Positions 9,221 to 19,665 are shown, counted from the first letter of the stretch. The stretch is 53,474 nucleotides of DNA from Anaerolineae bacterium (GCA_040774145.1 JAXGUU010000001.1:1-53474); one strand, 5' to 3'. Translations and numbers: made by a program. The notes: a model not told the origin generated them from the sequence alone.

Positions 9221-10615
9221 ATGCAGAATCCGTTTTGGCAACATATCCGGGATCTCTTCGCAAGGCTCTCGGGCAGAACACTGATCGCTGCAGGCGTCGT
9301 GTGGATCCTGCTGATGGCCGTCGGTCTGTCCTGTGCGCTCGGCGCTATCGATCTGCCGGGTCGTCGTGGTGACGCTGCCGCAGGATCTCCGACGCCGACC
9401 GGCGCGGCGGGTGATCCGTTTGCACCCGGTCAGGTGACGCCTCAGACGGAGGGCGCGGAACCCTCCGGTGGTGGGCTGCTGTTGCCGACGCCCACGCCGA
9501 CGGTGGCGGCGATCGAAGGTGCCTTGCCGCCGTTGCCGTGGGGTGACTTTGGCTACGGGATCGCGGCCCATGGCATCGGCATGCCCGGTTACACGATGGA
9601 CCAGATCAAGAACCACCTGGGGCTCTCGTGGGTCAAGCAGCAGGTTCGTTGGGACCATTTCTCCACCGAGCCGGGCCAGATGGACTGGAGTGGCTACGAC
9701 GCGATGGTCCTCTTCGCCGCGGAGCGCGAACTCAACGTGATGTTGAGCGTCGTGGGTGCACCCGACTGGTCACGCAGCTACTTTGACGATAGTCCTGAAG
9801 CTGCCCCGCCCGATGATTTGTCACTCTTTGTCGATTTCGTCGGTGAGTTGGTCGATCGCTACAAGGGTAGGATCCACGCGATTGAGGTGTGGAATGAGCA
9901 GAACCTCGATCGTGAGTGGGATACCGAAGAGGGTGTCAGTGCCGTCCGGTACGTTGAGCTGCTGCGGCTGACCTATCAGGCGATCAAGAGCCGTGATCCC
10001 AACATCATCGTCATCAGTGGTGCGTTGTCGCCGACGGGCGTCGTCGCCACCGACCCCCAGAACCCGGAGCGTTACGTCGTCATCGATGATTTCATCTACT
10101 TCAAGCAGATGATCGATGCCGGGTTCCTGAACTACGCCGACTGCGTGGGGGCGCACCACAACGGGTACAATCTGCCACCTGATATCGCATGGGATGATGG
10201 GTACAATAACCCTGAGGCGGGCTTCCGTGGTCCGTTTGACTCCCCGCACCATTCCTGGTCGTTCAAGAGCACACTCTGGGGATACCACGACATGATCCGA
10301 GCCGCCCAGCGTGATACGCCCCTCTGCGTGACCGAGTTTGGTTGGGCCTCATCCGAGGGTTTTGACGGCAGGCCGGTGGGCTTTGAATTCGCTGATGACA
10401 TCTCACTTGAGGACCAGGCGCGCTGGAGTGTGGAGGCCTTTGAGCTGATGCGGGAGTGGGGCTTCGTGCATCTCGCCTTCCTGTGGAATCTGGACTACTC
10501 CTATAAGGATGGCCTGGGGGCGACCAATCCCAATGCGCCCTACAGTATCCTTGACCTCAACGGTGCAGCGCGTCCGGCCTATAGCGCGATCGCCGACATG
10601 CCCAAGGTCCCCTGA
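9221..10615 (+). CDS. Membrane-anchored clan GH-A (GH5-like TIM-barrel) glycoside hydrolase
   Basis: N-terminal TM anchor LIAAGVVWILLMAVGLSCAL, then a Pro/Thr/Gly linker. Acid/base motif IEVWNEQN and nucleophile motif CVTEFGW. GGAGGG precedes GTG-ATG at 9218/9221. Confidence 0.6.
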   Translation: MQNPFWQHIRDLFARLSGRTLIAAGVVWILLMAVGLSCALGAIDLPGRRGDAAAGSPTPTGAAGDPFAPGQVTPQTEGAEPSGGGLLLPTPTPTVAAIEGALPPLPWGDFGYGIAAHGIGMPGYTMDQIKNHLGLSWVKQQVRWDHFSTEPGQMDWSGYDAMVLFAAERELNVMLSVVGAPDWSRSYFDDSPEAAPPDDLSLFVDFVGELVDRYKGRIHAIEVWNEQNLDREWDTEEGVSAVRYVELLRLTYQAIKSRDPNIIVISGALSPTGVVATDPQNPERYVVIDDFIYFKQMIDAGFLNYADCVGAHHNGYNLPPDIAWDDGYNNPEAGFRGPFDSPHHSWSFKSTLWGYHDMIRAAQRDTPLCVTEFGWASSEGFDGRPVGFEFADDISLEDQARWSVEAFELMREWGFVHLAFLWNLDYSYKDGLGATNPNAPYSILDLNGAARPAYSAIADMPKVP

Positions 10616-10730
10616 TCTCGAGCACCACGAGCGCCATCGACCGGCGTGGGGAATGGGTCTGGCTTAGCTTAGCGCAGCGTCCAGTCCTGCGTCTCCGCGC
10701 CGGCTGACCGGAGCGAAGAGACCTCCTCTG

Positions 10731-11939
10731 ATGCACGGTACCTCACGTCGACGTATCCTTGTCCTCACAGCGTTTTTTCTGGTTGTGATTCTGTCCGCGC
10801 TCCTGGTTCGCTTTCCGGGCTCCGAGGGTTGGGGTCCGCGTGTGGAGCCTACACCGACGTCTTGGCCACGGCCGGAGCGGATGGCCTCACCCGAGGTCGG
10901 GATCAACGTACATCTGTGGTGGGATCCCTGGGCTGCCGTGCGGCGTGACTGGACCTTGGTGCAGGATGCGGGATTCACATGGGTGAAGCAGCCCCTTGCC
11001 TGGCAGGATGTCGAGGGTGCAGGTCCGGGTGCCTACGAGTGGCGTGCGGCTGACCTGATCGTGGAGGCAGCGGAGCAAGCCGGCGTCCGTCTCCTTCTAC
11101 GTGTGGATCATCCCCCCAGCTGGGCGGTACCGGCGGGAGAGGGTCTGACGGTACCGGTCTCGCTGGAGGCCTTTGAGGGGTTCTGCGCGACGCTGGCGTC
11201 GCGCTATGCCGGACGGGTGCGCGGCTATCAGATCTGGAACGAGCCGAACCTCGCCCGTGAGTGGGGTGGGCACGTACCCAACGCGGCAGGCTATGCTGAG
11301 CTGCTCAAGACGTGCTACGTTGCGATTAAGACGGCTGATCCGCAGGCCCTGGTGATCTCTGCCGGATTGGCGCCCACCGGATCTCCGCCTCCCGAGGCCA
11401 TCCCCGACGTGGAGTATCTGAGGGCCTTCTACGAGGCGGGTGCGGCACCCTACTTCGACCTGCTGGGGCTGAATGCTCCGGGCTACAAGGCCCCTCCGGA
11501 GATCTCGCCTGAAGAGGTTGCAGATCCCGCAAGCGGCTATGGGGGCCATGCCTTCTTCTGCTTCCGCCACGCTGAACAGATGCGCGCGATCATGGAGGAA
11601 TACGGGGATGGTGACAAACAGGTGGCCATCCTGGAGTTCGGCTGGCACACGGCCTCAAGCCCCGATCATCCCGACTATGCCTGGTTTGCGGTCACGCCGG
11701 AAGAGCAGGCTGACTATTTGGTGCGGGCGTTTGTCTACGCACGGGAGCATTGGGCACCGTGGGTAGGCCCGATGTTCGTGTGGAATCTTCCCGACGCCGG
11801 CTGGACGCCGGCGGATGAGGAGTACTGGTGGTCGATTGCGGATCCGTTCTGGTGGGGCTTTGACGGCGACTTCGAGACCTGGAGTGGGGGCGACGTCCGA
11901 CCTGCCTACGAGGCGTTGAGGGAGATGGAGAAGCCATAG
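10731..11939 (+). CDS. Membrane-anchored clan GH-A glycoside hydrolase, paralogue of the preceding gene
   Basis: TM anchor ILVLTAFFLVVILSALLV. Motifs YQIWNEPN and AILEFGW sit in the same relative positions as in 9221..10615. Confidence 0.6.
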   Translation: MHGTSRRRILVLTAFFLVVILSALLVRFPGSEGWGPRVEPTPTSWPRPERMASPEVGINVHLWWDPWAAVRRDWTLVQDAGFTWVKQPLAWQDVEGAGPGAYEWRAADLIVEAAEQAGVRLLLRVDHPPSWAVPAGEGLTVPVSLEAFEGFCATLASRYAGRVRGYQIWNEPNLAREWGGHVPNAAGYAELLKTCYVAIKTADPQALVISAGLAPTGSPPPEAIPDVEYLRAFYEAGAAPYFDLLGLNAPGYKAPPEISPEEVADPASGYGGHAFFCFRHAEQMRAIMEEYGDGDKQVAILEFGWHTASSPDHPDYAWFAVTPEEQADYLVRAFVYAREHWAPWVGPMFVWNLPDAGWTPADEEYWWSIADPFWWGFDGDFETWSGGDVRPAYEALREMEKP

Positions 11940-11942
11940 TGC

Positions 11943-11970
11943 TTGATCAATCTTTGATCGGTTGTATAAT
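11943..11970 (+). promoter_or_regulatory. Near-consensus promoter TTGATC-16 nt-TATAAT in front of tRNA-Leu
   Basis: TTGATC at 11943-11948 and TATAAT at 11965-11970. The tRNA 5' end lies 12 nt downstream of the -10 box. Confidence 0.5.
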
Positions 11971-11981
11971 CGGAGGGCAAC

Positions 11982-12063
11982 GGGGAAGTGTCGGAATTGG
12001 CAGACGAGCATGACTTAGGATCATGTGCCGCGAGGCGTGCGGGTTCAAATCCCGCCTTCCCCA
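11982..12063 (+). tRNA. tRNA-Leu, anticodon UAG (type II, long variable arm); no encoded CCA
   Basis: Hand-folded. Acceptor stem GGGGAAG/CTTCCCC, 3-bp D stem, anticodon stem CATGA/TCATG with loop CT-TAG-GA. Variable arm TGCCGCGAGGCGT. T arm GCGGG-TTCAAAT-CCCGC. Discriminator A. Confidence 0.9.
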
Positions 12064-12068
12064 ACGGA

Positions 12069-12095
12069 GGGGCGAGATCACTCTCGCCCCTTGTT
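12069..12095 (+). terminator. Hairpin after tRNA-Leu (weak intrinsic terminator or processing signal)
   Basis: GGGGCGAGA (12069-12077) pairs with TCTCGCCCC (12082-12090) around a 4-nt loop, followed by TTGTT. Only 29 nt remain before the nuoB ATG. Confidence 0.5.
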
Positions 12096-12124
12096 CGTAT
12101 CAGTTTGGATGAGGAGGTTGTGTT

Positions 12125-12754
12125 ATGACGCGCCGGCCTCGGATGGATGCGATGGGCCAACTGCCCGATGTGCCTCCTGAACTTCAATCCTCTGTACGGC
12201 TGACTACACTGGACCAGGTCTATGCGTGGGCTCGAAAGCGTTCGTTGTGGCCGATGCTGTTTGGGTTGGCCTGTTGTGCCTTCGAGATGATTGCGACGGC
12301 GGCCTCGCGTTATGATACGGCACGCTTCGGTATGGAGATTATGCGTGCGAGTCCGCGCCAGGCCGATCTGCTGATCGTCAACGGTACGGTGACCAAGAAG
12401 ATGGCTCCCCTGTTGGTGCGGCTCTATAATCAGATGGCGGAGCCCAAGTACGTGATCGCGATGGGCGCCTGCGCCATCTCAGGGGGGCCCTTCAAGGAAG
12501 GCTACAACGTCGTGTCAGGCGTGGATCGCCTGATCCCGGTGGATGTCTATATTCCCGGGTGCCCTCCACGGCCCGAGTCCTTGATCCATGGTATTCTGAC
12601 ACTGCACGCACGCTTCGAACACGAGTCGATCAAGGATATCCGCGCGTTCCAGTCGGGTGAGGACCGTGGGATTCCCGAGCCGGTGCTTGGCCCCGATCTG
12701 GTGGATTGGCGGGATCTGGAGGAGCTGGTGGGACCGCGCGAGAAGGACGTCTAG
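12125..12754 (+). CDS. nuoB: NADH-quinone oxidoreductase subunit B
   Basis: N2-cluster cysteine motifs [19 protein letters not shown] and [16 protein letters not shown] precedes the ATG. Confidence 0.93.
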   Translation: MTRRPRMDAMGQLPDVPPELQSSVRLTTLDQVYAWARKRSLWPMLFGLACCAFEMIATAASRYDTARFGMEIMRASPRQADLLIVNGTVTKKMAPLLVRLYNQMAEPKYVIAMGACAISGGPFKEGYNVVSGVDRLIPVDVYIPGCPPRPESLIHGILTLHARFEHESIKDIRAFQSGEDRGIPEPVLGPDLVDWRDLEELVGPREKDV

Positions 12755-12756
12755 GT

Positions 12757-14628
12757 ATGGCAGCGACCACCGGCGGTATGCCCCCTGAGGTCTGGCGGAG
12801 CCTCCAGGCGCGATTTCCGGGTGTGCTAAGGTTGGCTGAAGCTCCGGTGCGGGGAGACGTCGAGACCTATGGTCAGCCGGTAGAGCATCGGATGACGCAT
12901 GCGGTCTCGAGATCGTCCCTGATGAACCAGCCGAGGTATGAGGGGGTGCTGGTCCATGCGCGGCACCTCTTGGACGTGATGCGCTTTGTGCGCGACGAGC
13001 TGGGCTACGCGATGCTCTCCAACCTTACGGCAACGGACTATCCGGCATCGCTTGAGGGGATTCCCCCGCACATCGACGTGGTCTATCATCTCTTCTGCCT
13101 GGAGGGCGGCAGCTACGTGGCTCTGCACGTGCACACGGCGCGCGATGGTGCCATCCTACCCTCCGTGACAGCTGAGTTCCCCTCGGCGAACCTGCAGGAG
13201 AGAGAGGTCTGGGATATGTTCGGGGTGCAGTTCGACGGGCATCCTGACCTTCGCCGTCTGCTGATGTGGGAGGGATTCGAGGGCTTCCCCTTGCGCAAGG
13301 ACTGGCGCGAGGTCTACTATGAGGAAGAGCACAAGCCCTTCCGCAGCCGTTTCCCGAGTGGCGGCAATCCTCTCTATGCGGAAGAACGCACCCCTGCTCA
13401 CGCGAATCTGCGGCTCAGCGCTGAGCTCTCGGAGGGCGCGCTCTCGACGGATGCGGATTTCAGTGAGGCGGATCAGCGCCTCTATGCGCGGATGCTGTCC
13501 GCGGACCGCGAGCCCGACAAGCCGCTGAAGACCGATGAGATGATCCTTAATATGGGTCCGCACCATCCCAGCACCCACGGGGTCTTTCGTATGGCGGTGC
13601 GGCTCGATGGGGAGACCGTCAAGCATCTCGAGCCGGTCTTTGGCTACCTGCACCGCTGCCACGAGAAGATCGGCGAGCGTAACACCTGGCTGCAGAACAT
13701 CCCTTTCACCGATCGCCTGGACTATATCAATGGGATGACCAACAATCTGGCCTATTGCCTGGCGATGGAGAAGTTGCTGGGGTGGGACATCCCGGAGCGT
13801 GCGGAGTACCTGCGGGTGATCATGTCGGAGTTCTCGCGTGTGGTGAACCACATGCTCGCGGCGGGCTTCTTCAGCAACGAGATCGGTCTCTACTTCACCG
13901 GCTCGCTCTATGCCCTTGAGGAGCGCGAGTTGGTGCTCGACCTGTTTGAGCGTGTCGCGGGCGGGCGAATGATGTTCAACTATATGCGCCCGGGCGGCGT
14001 CGCCCGTGACTTACCTCAGGGGTGGCTGGAGCAGGCGCGCGCGCTGGTTCGCGATCGGCTGCCCAAGAAGGTACGTCAGATGCAGTCCTTCTTGCTGGAT
14101 AACGAGATCGTGAGGGCGCGGAGCGTGGACGTCGGCATCCTGGGGGGCGAGGAGGCGATCGCTTGTGGGGTGACCGGTCCGGTGCTGCGAGCCAGCGGCG
14201 TGCCCTACGATGTCCGGCGGGCGGAGCCCTATGGGATCTACGAAAGGTTCGATTTCGACGTTGTGACCCGTGAGCACGGGGACGTCTTCGATCGCGTCGC
14301 TGTGCGATTCGACGAGATCTGGCAGAGTCTGCACATCCTTGAGCAGGCTTTGGATGCGATCCCCGAGGGACCGGTCCAGTCCCACCGCCTCTCGCCGAAG
14401 ATGCTGATCCCACCTGGCGAGACCTATGGGCGTATTGAGGCGCCCAAGGGGGAGTTAGGCTTCTACCTGGTCTCCGATGGTGGGGCCAACCCTTATCGCT
14501 ACCACATTCGCGCGACATCGTTGATCAACCTGACCCCGCTCAGCCAACTCACCCGTGGGGTGAAGATCGCCGATATCGTAGCGATCCTGGGGAGTATTGA
14601 TCTGACGATGGGCGAGGTGGACCGGTGA
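12757..14628 (+). CDS. nuoCD: Fused NADH-quinone oxidoreductase subunits C and D
   Basis: Track ORF 12706..14628. ATG 12757 lies 2 nt after the nuoB stop. The NuoC part has EREVWDMFGVQFDGHPDLRRLL. The NuoD part has LNMGPHHPSTHGVFRM and the C-terminal ILGSIDLTMGEVDR. Confidence 0.93.
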   Translation: MAATTGGMPPEVWRSLQARFPGVLRLAEAPVRGDVETYGQPVEHRMTHAVSRSSLMNQPRYEGVLVHARHLLDVMRFVRDELGYAMLSNLTATDYPASLEGIPPHIDVVYHLFCLEGGSYVALHVHTARDGAILPSVTAEFPSANLQEREVWDMFGVQFDGHPDLRRLLMWEGFEGFPLRKDWREVYYEEEHKPFRSRFPSGGNPLYAEERTPAHANLRLSAELSEGALSTDADFSEADQRLYARMLSADREPDKPLKTDEMILNMGPHHPSTHGVFRMAVRLDGETVKHLEPVFGYLHRCHEKIGERNTWLQNIPFTDRLDYINGMTNNLAYCLAMEKLLGWDIPERAEYLRVIMSEFSRVVNHMLAAGFFSNEIGLYFTGSLYALEERELVLDLFERVAGGRMMFNYMRPGGVARDLPQGWLEQARALVRDRLPKKVRQMQSFLLDNEIVRARSVDVGILGGEEAIACGVTGPVLRASGVPYDVRRAEPYGIYERFDFDVVTREHGDVFDRVAVRFDEIWQSLHILEQALDAIPEGPVQSHRLSPKMLIPPGETYGRIEAPKGELGFYLVSDGGANPYRYHIRATSLINLTPLSQLTRGVKIADIVAILGSIDLTMGEVDR

Positions 14629-15191
14629 TCGTCGGTTGGGGGGTCCTCAAGACCCTGGTGATGACGCTGGGTCACTTCGTGATGACCTACGTCGAGGACG
14701 TGCGGGCGTGGATGGGGCGCCTGAGAGGCGCGGATGCGCCGGGGTCGCGTCAGCGTGGCATCTTCACGATCCAGTATCCGGCTGAGCGGCAGGCCCTGCC
14801 CGAGGCCTATCGCAACCTACCCTTCTTCGTCATCGATGCCGAGACCTCGCAGCTCCGCTGCACAGCCTGCGGCATATGTGCTCAGATCTGTCCTGTGCAG
14901 TGTATCTGGATTGAGCGCGCTACAGAGCCGGAGAGCGGACGTCCGCGGCGCTATCCGGTGTCCTACTATCTGGATACGAGTCTCTGTATGACGTGTGGAC
15001 TGTGTGCCGAATTCTGTCCCTTCGACGCGATTAAGATGGACCATGACTATGAGGTCGCTGCCTATCGCCGCCCCGGCTTTGTGAGCGCCAAGGAGCTGGC
15101 GAAGCCGGAATCCTACGATGCTGCGCTTCACCCGTCTGCCTATGGCGCGCGTCCGACGGCGTCTGGAGACGGCGAATCCCCGACGGATTAG
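14625..15191 (+). CDS. nuoI: NADH-quinone oxidoreductase subunit I (2x[4Fe-4S] ferredoxin)
   Basis: CTACGICAQICP and CMTCGLCAEFCP. The GTG start overlaps the nuoCD stop (GTGA). Confidence 0.9.
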   Translation: MIVGWGVLKTLVMTLGHFVMTYVEDVRAWMGRLRGADAPGSRQRGIFTIQYPAERQALPEAYRNLPFFVIDAETSQLRCTACGICAQICPVQCIWIERATEPESGRPRRYPVSYYLDTSLCMTCGLCAEFCPFDAIKMDHDYEVAAYRRPGFVSAKELAKPESYDAALHPSAYGARPTASGDGESPTD

Positions 15192-15239
15192 GAGGCTGTT
15201 GAGGCGGTAGGGAACCGACGTGGGATCTGGAGGTGGAGA

Positions 15240-15273
15240 ACGACCAGCCGGCGCCTTGGCGCCGGCTGGTCGT
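15240..15273. terminator. Bidirectional hairpin between convergent nuoI and the AGE-family gene
   Basis: ACGACCAGCCGGCGCC (15240-15255) pairs perfectly with GGCGCCGGCTGGTCGT (15258-15273). Confidence 0.6.
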
Positions 15274-15277
15274 TAGG

Positions 15278-16507
15278 TTACAGCGTTGCGAGCACTTTGT
15301 GCAATCGCTCGGTGAGCTCCATACAGGCTCGCCCGTTGTGGTATGGGCACTTCCAGAAGCTGACTTTGGCGTGGTCCTCGTCATTACCGGCGGGGCGTGT
15401 GAGATCTCGCTTGACGTAGCGTAGCCACTCGCCATGGTCGTGGTCGATCAGATAAGCCTCGATGAAGTCCCAGCTGCTGAGCGAGGCCGCCAGAAAGTGT
15501 GGGGCGCCGCTGATCTGGTAGGCGTTGAGGAAGCCGACGGCGGCTTCTGCCTGAGGCCACCACTGTTTGGTGGCATCGATGAGTCCTTCGGGGCCCGACT
15601 CGTAGACGATGCCGCCGTCCGGATCGCGTCCCTCGTCGTAGACCGCCTGGGCCATCTTCACGGCGATCCCCTCCGCCTTGGTGTGCAGGCCAGGGTCGCC
15701 AACGACCTCCGTGGACTCCACCAGCAGCCAACTTGCCTCGATATCGTGACCGTAGGAGACGTGAGGTGAGCGCGGCGCCCAGGTCTCGTCGAAGAAGAGC
15801 GTCATGTGGTGGGTCTCCGGGCGGATGATATGGGTCATCATCACATTCAGAAGCTCGATCTGTCGCGCCTTGAGGAGTGGATCGGGCCAGACACGCAGTA
15901 GATTGGTGAAGGCCTCCATAACGTGGAGGTGCGTGTTCATCGACTTCATCTCGTTCAAGTCGACAGCGCTCAGGCGTACATCGTCCGTCATCTGCCATGC
16001 GCGGTTGAACGACTCGAAGTACCCCTTGTTCGCGGGGTCATAGGCGTGCTCTTCAATGGCTCGGAAGATCGCCTGAGCGGTCTCGAGGGCAAGGCTGTTC
16101 TCTGTGGCAGCGTGGTATTCGGCGAGGGCGTAGATACCGAAGGCCTGCCCGTAGAGCTGCTTGCGGGGCCGGATGAGTTCACCATCGGCGCCGACCATCC
16201 AGTACAGGCCGATATGCTCCGCATCCCAGAAACGGTTGAGCAGATCCTCGAAGGCCCAATCGGCCATCTTGAGATAGGCGGGGTCGCCATAGCGGCGGTA
16301 GGCTGCGGCGTAGGTCCAGAGGATGCGCGATGTCAGCAGCGCGCCTCGTGGTGCCTCAGGTCGAACGGTCAGGTCATTGGTGACCTCACCAAAGAAGCCG
16401 CCTCTCTCGTGATCGACGGCATGCTCCATCCAGAAGGGCAGGATGTTCCGCCGCAGGTCCGCCTCCGCGCGGCGCATTGTCGCGCGCAGCCTGGTTGTGT
16501 CAACCAT
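15278..16507 (-). CDS. AGE-family (N-acylglucosamine 2-epimerase / cellobiose 2-epimerase / aldose-ketose isomerase) protein
   Basis: 409 aa. By eye it resembles the (alpha/alpha)6-barrel AGE superfamily (FWMEHAVDHERGGFFGE ... HLHVMEAF ... WWPQAEA). Substrate is not assignable. Confidence 0.65.
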   Translation of the reverse strand: MVDTTRLRATMRRAEADLRRNILPFWMEHAVDHERGGFFGEVTNDLTVRPEAPRGALLTSRILWTYAAAYRRYGDPAYLKMADWAFEDLLNRFWDAEHIGLYWMVGADGELIRPRKQLYGQAFGIYALAEYHAATENSLALETAQAIFRAIEEHAYDPANKGYFESFNRAWQMTDDVRLSAVDLNEMKSMNTHLHVMEAFTNLLRVWPDPLLKARQIELLNVMMTHIIRPETHHMTLFFDETWAPRSPHVSYGHDIEASWLLVESTEVVGDPGLHTKAEGIAVKMAQAVYDEGRDPDGGIVYESGPEGLIDATKQWWPQAEAAVGFLNAYQISGAPHFLAASLSSWDFIEAYLIDHDHGEWLRYVKRDLTRPAGNDEDHAKVSFWKCPYHNGRACMELTERLHKVLATL

Positions 16508-17273
16508 AGCCCAACGCCTTGATCGCGCTGTTCACGATCCCGGCAAAGGCCTCCACGGTCAGGCTGGCGCCGCCGACGAGCGCCCCATCGATCTCCGGCA
16601 TGATGATGAAGTCGGCCATGTTGTCCGGCTTGACGCTTCCGCCGTACTGCACACGGATCGCCTGTGCCGTGGCGTCGTCATAGAGGTCGGTCAGGACGTC
16701 GCGAATCGCCTCGCGGATGATGCGGTCGGCGTCCTCGGGCATCGCTGTGCGACCCGTGCCGATGGCCCAAATGGGCTCGTAGGCCAGCACGACGTTCCGG
16801 GCATCCTCCTTCGGGACGCCGGTAAACGCACCGCGGATCTGCCCGCCGACGAAGGCGACGGTCTCACCGGCCTCATTCTGTGCGAGGCTCTCCCCAATAC
16901 AGACGATGGGGATGAGGCCCTGCGCAATGGCAGCCAGGAGCTTCTTGTTCACCGTCTCATCGGTCTCGCCGAAGAATTGGCGCCGCTCCGAGTGGCCGAT
17001 GATCACGTAGGTGGCCAGCTCCTTCACCATCGCGGGAGCGATCTCCCCGGTGAAGGCACCGCTCGCCTCCCAGTGCATGTTCTGGGCCCCCGCGCCGATG
17101 TTCGAGTCGGCGAGCACCTGCGTTACGGCGCCCAAGGCCGTCGCCGTAGGGCAGACGGCTAACTCAATGTCCTTGACGTTAGCCAGGGCCTCTTTCAGCC
17201 CGTTAGCGAGCTCAGTAGCCTCGGCTACCGTCTTGTGCATCTTCCAGTTGCCGGCGATAAATGGTCTGCGCAT
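16500..17273 (-). CDS. tpiA: Triosephosphate isomerase
   Basis: [34 protein letters not shown] precedes ATG 17273. The track ORF extends to 17300. Confidence 0.95.
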   Translation of the reverse strand: MRRPFIAGNWKMHKTVAEATELANGLKEALANVKDIELAVCPTATALGAVTQVLADSNIGAGAQNMHWEASGAFTGEIAPAMVKELATYVIIGHSERRQFFGETDETVNKKLLAAIAQGLIPIVCIGESLAQNEAGETVAFVGGQIRGAFTGVPKEDARNVVLAYEPIWAIGTGRTAMPEDADRIIREAIRDVLTDLYDDATAQAIRVQYGGSVKPDNMADFIIMPEIDGALVGGASLTVEAFAGIVNSAIKALGYG

Positions 17274-17368
17274 AGGGAACTCCTTTCGTGGACCGGGCAC
17301 TGGGATCTCCAGTGCCCGGATCTGATCTGCCTGCCTAACGACGGCGACAGCCTGAGTCTGGTGTGTGG

Positions 17369-18541
17369 CTACTTGTCGTTGAGTACGGCGATGCCGGGGA
17401 GGGTTTTGCCCTCCAAGAACTCGAGACTGGCTCCGCCACCCGTCGAGACGTGGCTCATCTTATCCGCCACGCCCGCCTGATTTACGGCAGAGGCGGAGTC
17501 GCCGCCGCCGATGATGGTCACCGCGTCGAGATCTGCCAGAGCCTCCGCGATCGCGAAGGTCCCTCGGGCGAAGTTCGGCATCTCGAAGACGCCCATCGGG
17601 CCGTTCCAGACGACCGTCTTGGCCTCAGCGAGCGTCGTCTTGAAGAGGTCGACGGTCTCGGGCCCGATGTCCAGGACACGCCAACCGGCCTCGACAGCAT
17701 TCGCCTTTACCACCTTCCGTGTCGCCTCGTTGTCGAAGGCTTCCGCGACGACGGCGTCCACCGGTAGAACCAGCTTCCCGCCGGCCTTCGCCAGGAGTTC
17801 TTTCGCGGTGTCGAGCGCCTCGTCCTCGACCAGGGAGTCGCCCATCTCGAAGCCCTGTGCCTTGAGGAAGGTGTTGGCCATACCGCCCCCGATCAGAATG
17901 GTATCGGCCTTGGTGAGCATGTTCTCGATCACTAGGATCTTGTCTGAGACCTTGGCCCCACCCAGGATCACGACATAAGGGCGCTCGGCGTCGCCGGTGG
18001 CCCTGCCAAGGAACGTGATCTCCTTCTCGATCAGGAAGCCGGCGACTGCGGGCATGTGCTCGGTGACGCCCGCAGTGCTGGCGTGCGCACGATGCGCCGA
18101 ACCGAAGGCGTCGTTGACGTAGACGTCGCCTAGGGCGGCCATCTTCGCTGCCAGGTCCGGATCGTTCTTGGTCTCACCGGCGTAGAAGCGGGTGTTCTCC
18201 AGGAGCATCACCTCACCGGGTTGCAGCGCCTTGGCCATGGCTTCGACCTCATCGCCGACGACGTCGGGGGCCATCTTGACGGCGGTGTTCAGGAGTTCTC
18301 CTAGCCGGTCTGCGACCGGACGTAAGCTGAACTTGGGCTCCGGCCCGTTCTTGGGACGTCCCAGGTGCGACATCAGAATGAGCGATGCGCCTTGGTCGAG
18401 GATGTACTTGATGGTCGGCAGCGCCGCCTGAATACGGGTATCATCGGTGATGGTGCTTCCGTCGAGCGGAACGTTGAAGTCCGCCCGCATCAGGACCCGC
18501 TTGCCCTTGAGCTCCACGTCACGAACTGTCTTTTTGTTCAT
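17369..18541 (-). CDS. pgk: Phosphoglycerate kinase
   Basis: [16 protein letters not shown], and a C-terminal [13 protein letters not shown]. Confidence 0.95.
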   Translation of the reverse strand: MNKKTVRDVELKGKRVLMRADFNVPLDGSTITDDTRIQAALPTIKYILDQGASLILMSHLGRPKNGPEPKFSLRPVADRLGELLNTAVKMAPDVVGDEVEAMAKALQPGEVMLLENTRFYAGETKNDPDLAAKMAALGDVYVNDAFGSAHRAHASTAGVTEHMPAVAGFLIEKEITFLGRATGDAERPYVVILGGAKVSDKILVIENMLTKADTILIGGGMANTFLKAQGFEMGDSLVEDEALDTAKELLAKAGGKLVLPVDAVVAEAFDNEATRKVVKANAVEAGWRVLDIGPETVDLFKTTLAEAKTVVWNGPMGVFEMPNFARGTFAIAEALADLDAVTIIGGGDSASAVNQAGVADKMSHVSTGGGASLEFLEGKTLPGIAVLNDK

Positions 18542-18562
18542 CGTCTCTCCTTAGTCTAGCAA

Positions 18563-18597
18563 AAAGAGGGATAAGGAGTAGCTCCTTATCCCTCTTT
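18563..18597 (-). terminator. Perfect 16-bp hairpin with U-run between gap and pgk (internal attenuator or processing site)
   Basis: AAAGAGGGATAAGGAG (18563-18578) pairs with CTCCTTATCCCTCTTT (18582-18597). On the minus-strand transcript it is followed by TTGC. Confidence 0.55.
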
Positions 18598-18627
18598 GAT
18601 CTATCTCTCTGCGATGTCGTCCTGCGG

Positions 18628-19665
<1,038 letters not shown>

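Noticed and set aside
11982-12063. tRNA-Leu as an integration site flanking a genomic island
   Set aside because: There is no integrase, no direct repeat of the tRNA 3' end nearby, and both flanks are housekeeping-type operons with similar composition.
12706-12756. Upstream start of nuoCD overlapping nuoB by 49 nt
   Set aside because: ATG at 12757, 2 nt after the nuoB stop, gives a conventional arrangement. The extension has no NuoC similarity.
12125-15191. Reading the B/CD/I trio as a group-4 membrane-bound [NiFe] hydrogenase module
   Set aside because: The large-subunit homologue has GPHHPSTHG instead of an N-terminal RxCGxC motif. It ends in GEVDR rather than a DPCxxC motif. No hyp or maturation genes are present.
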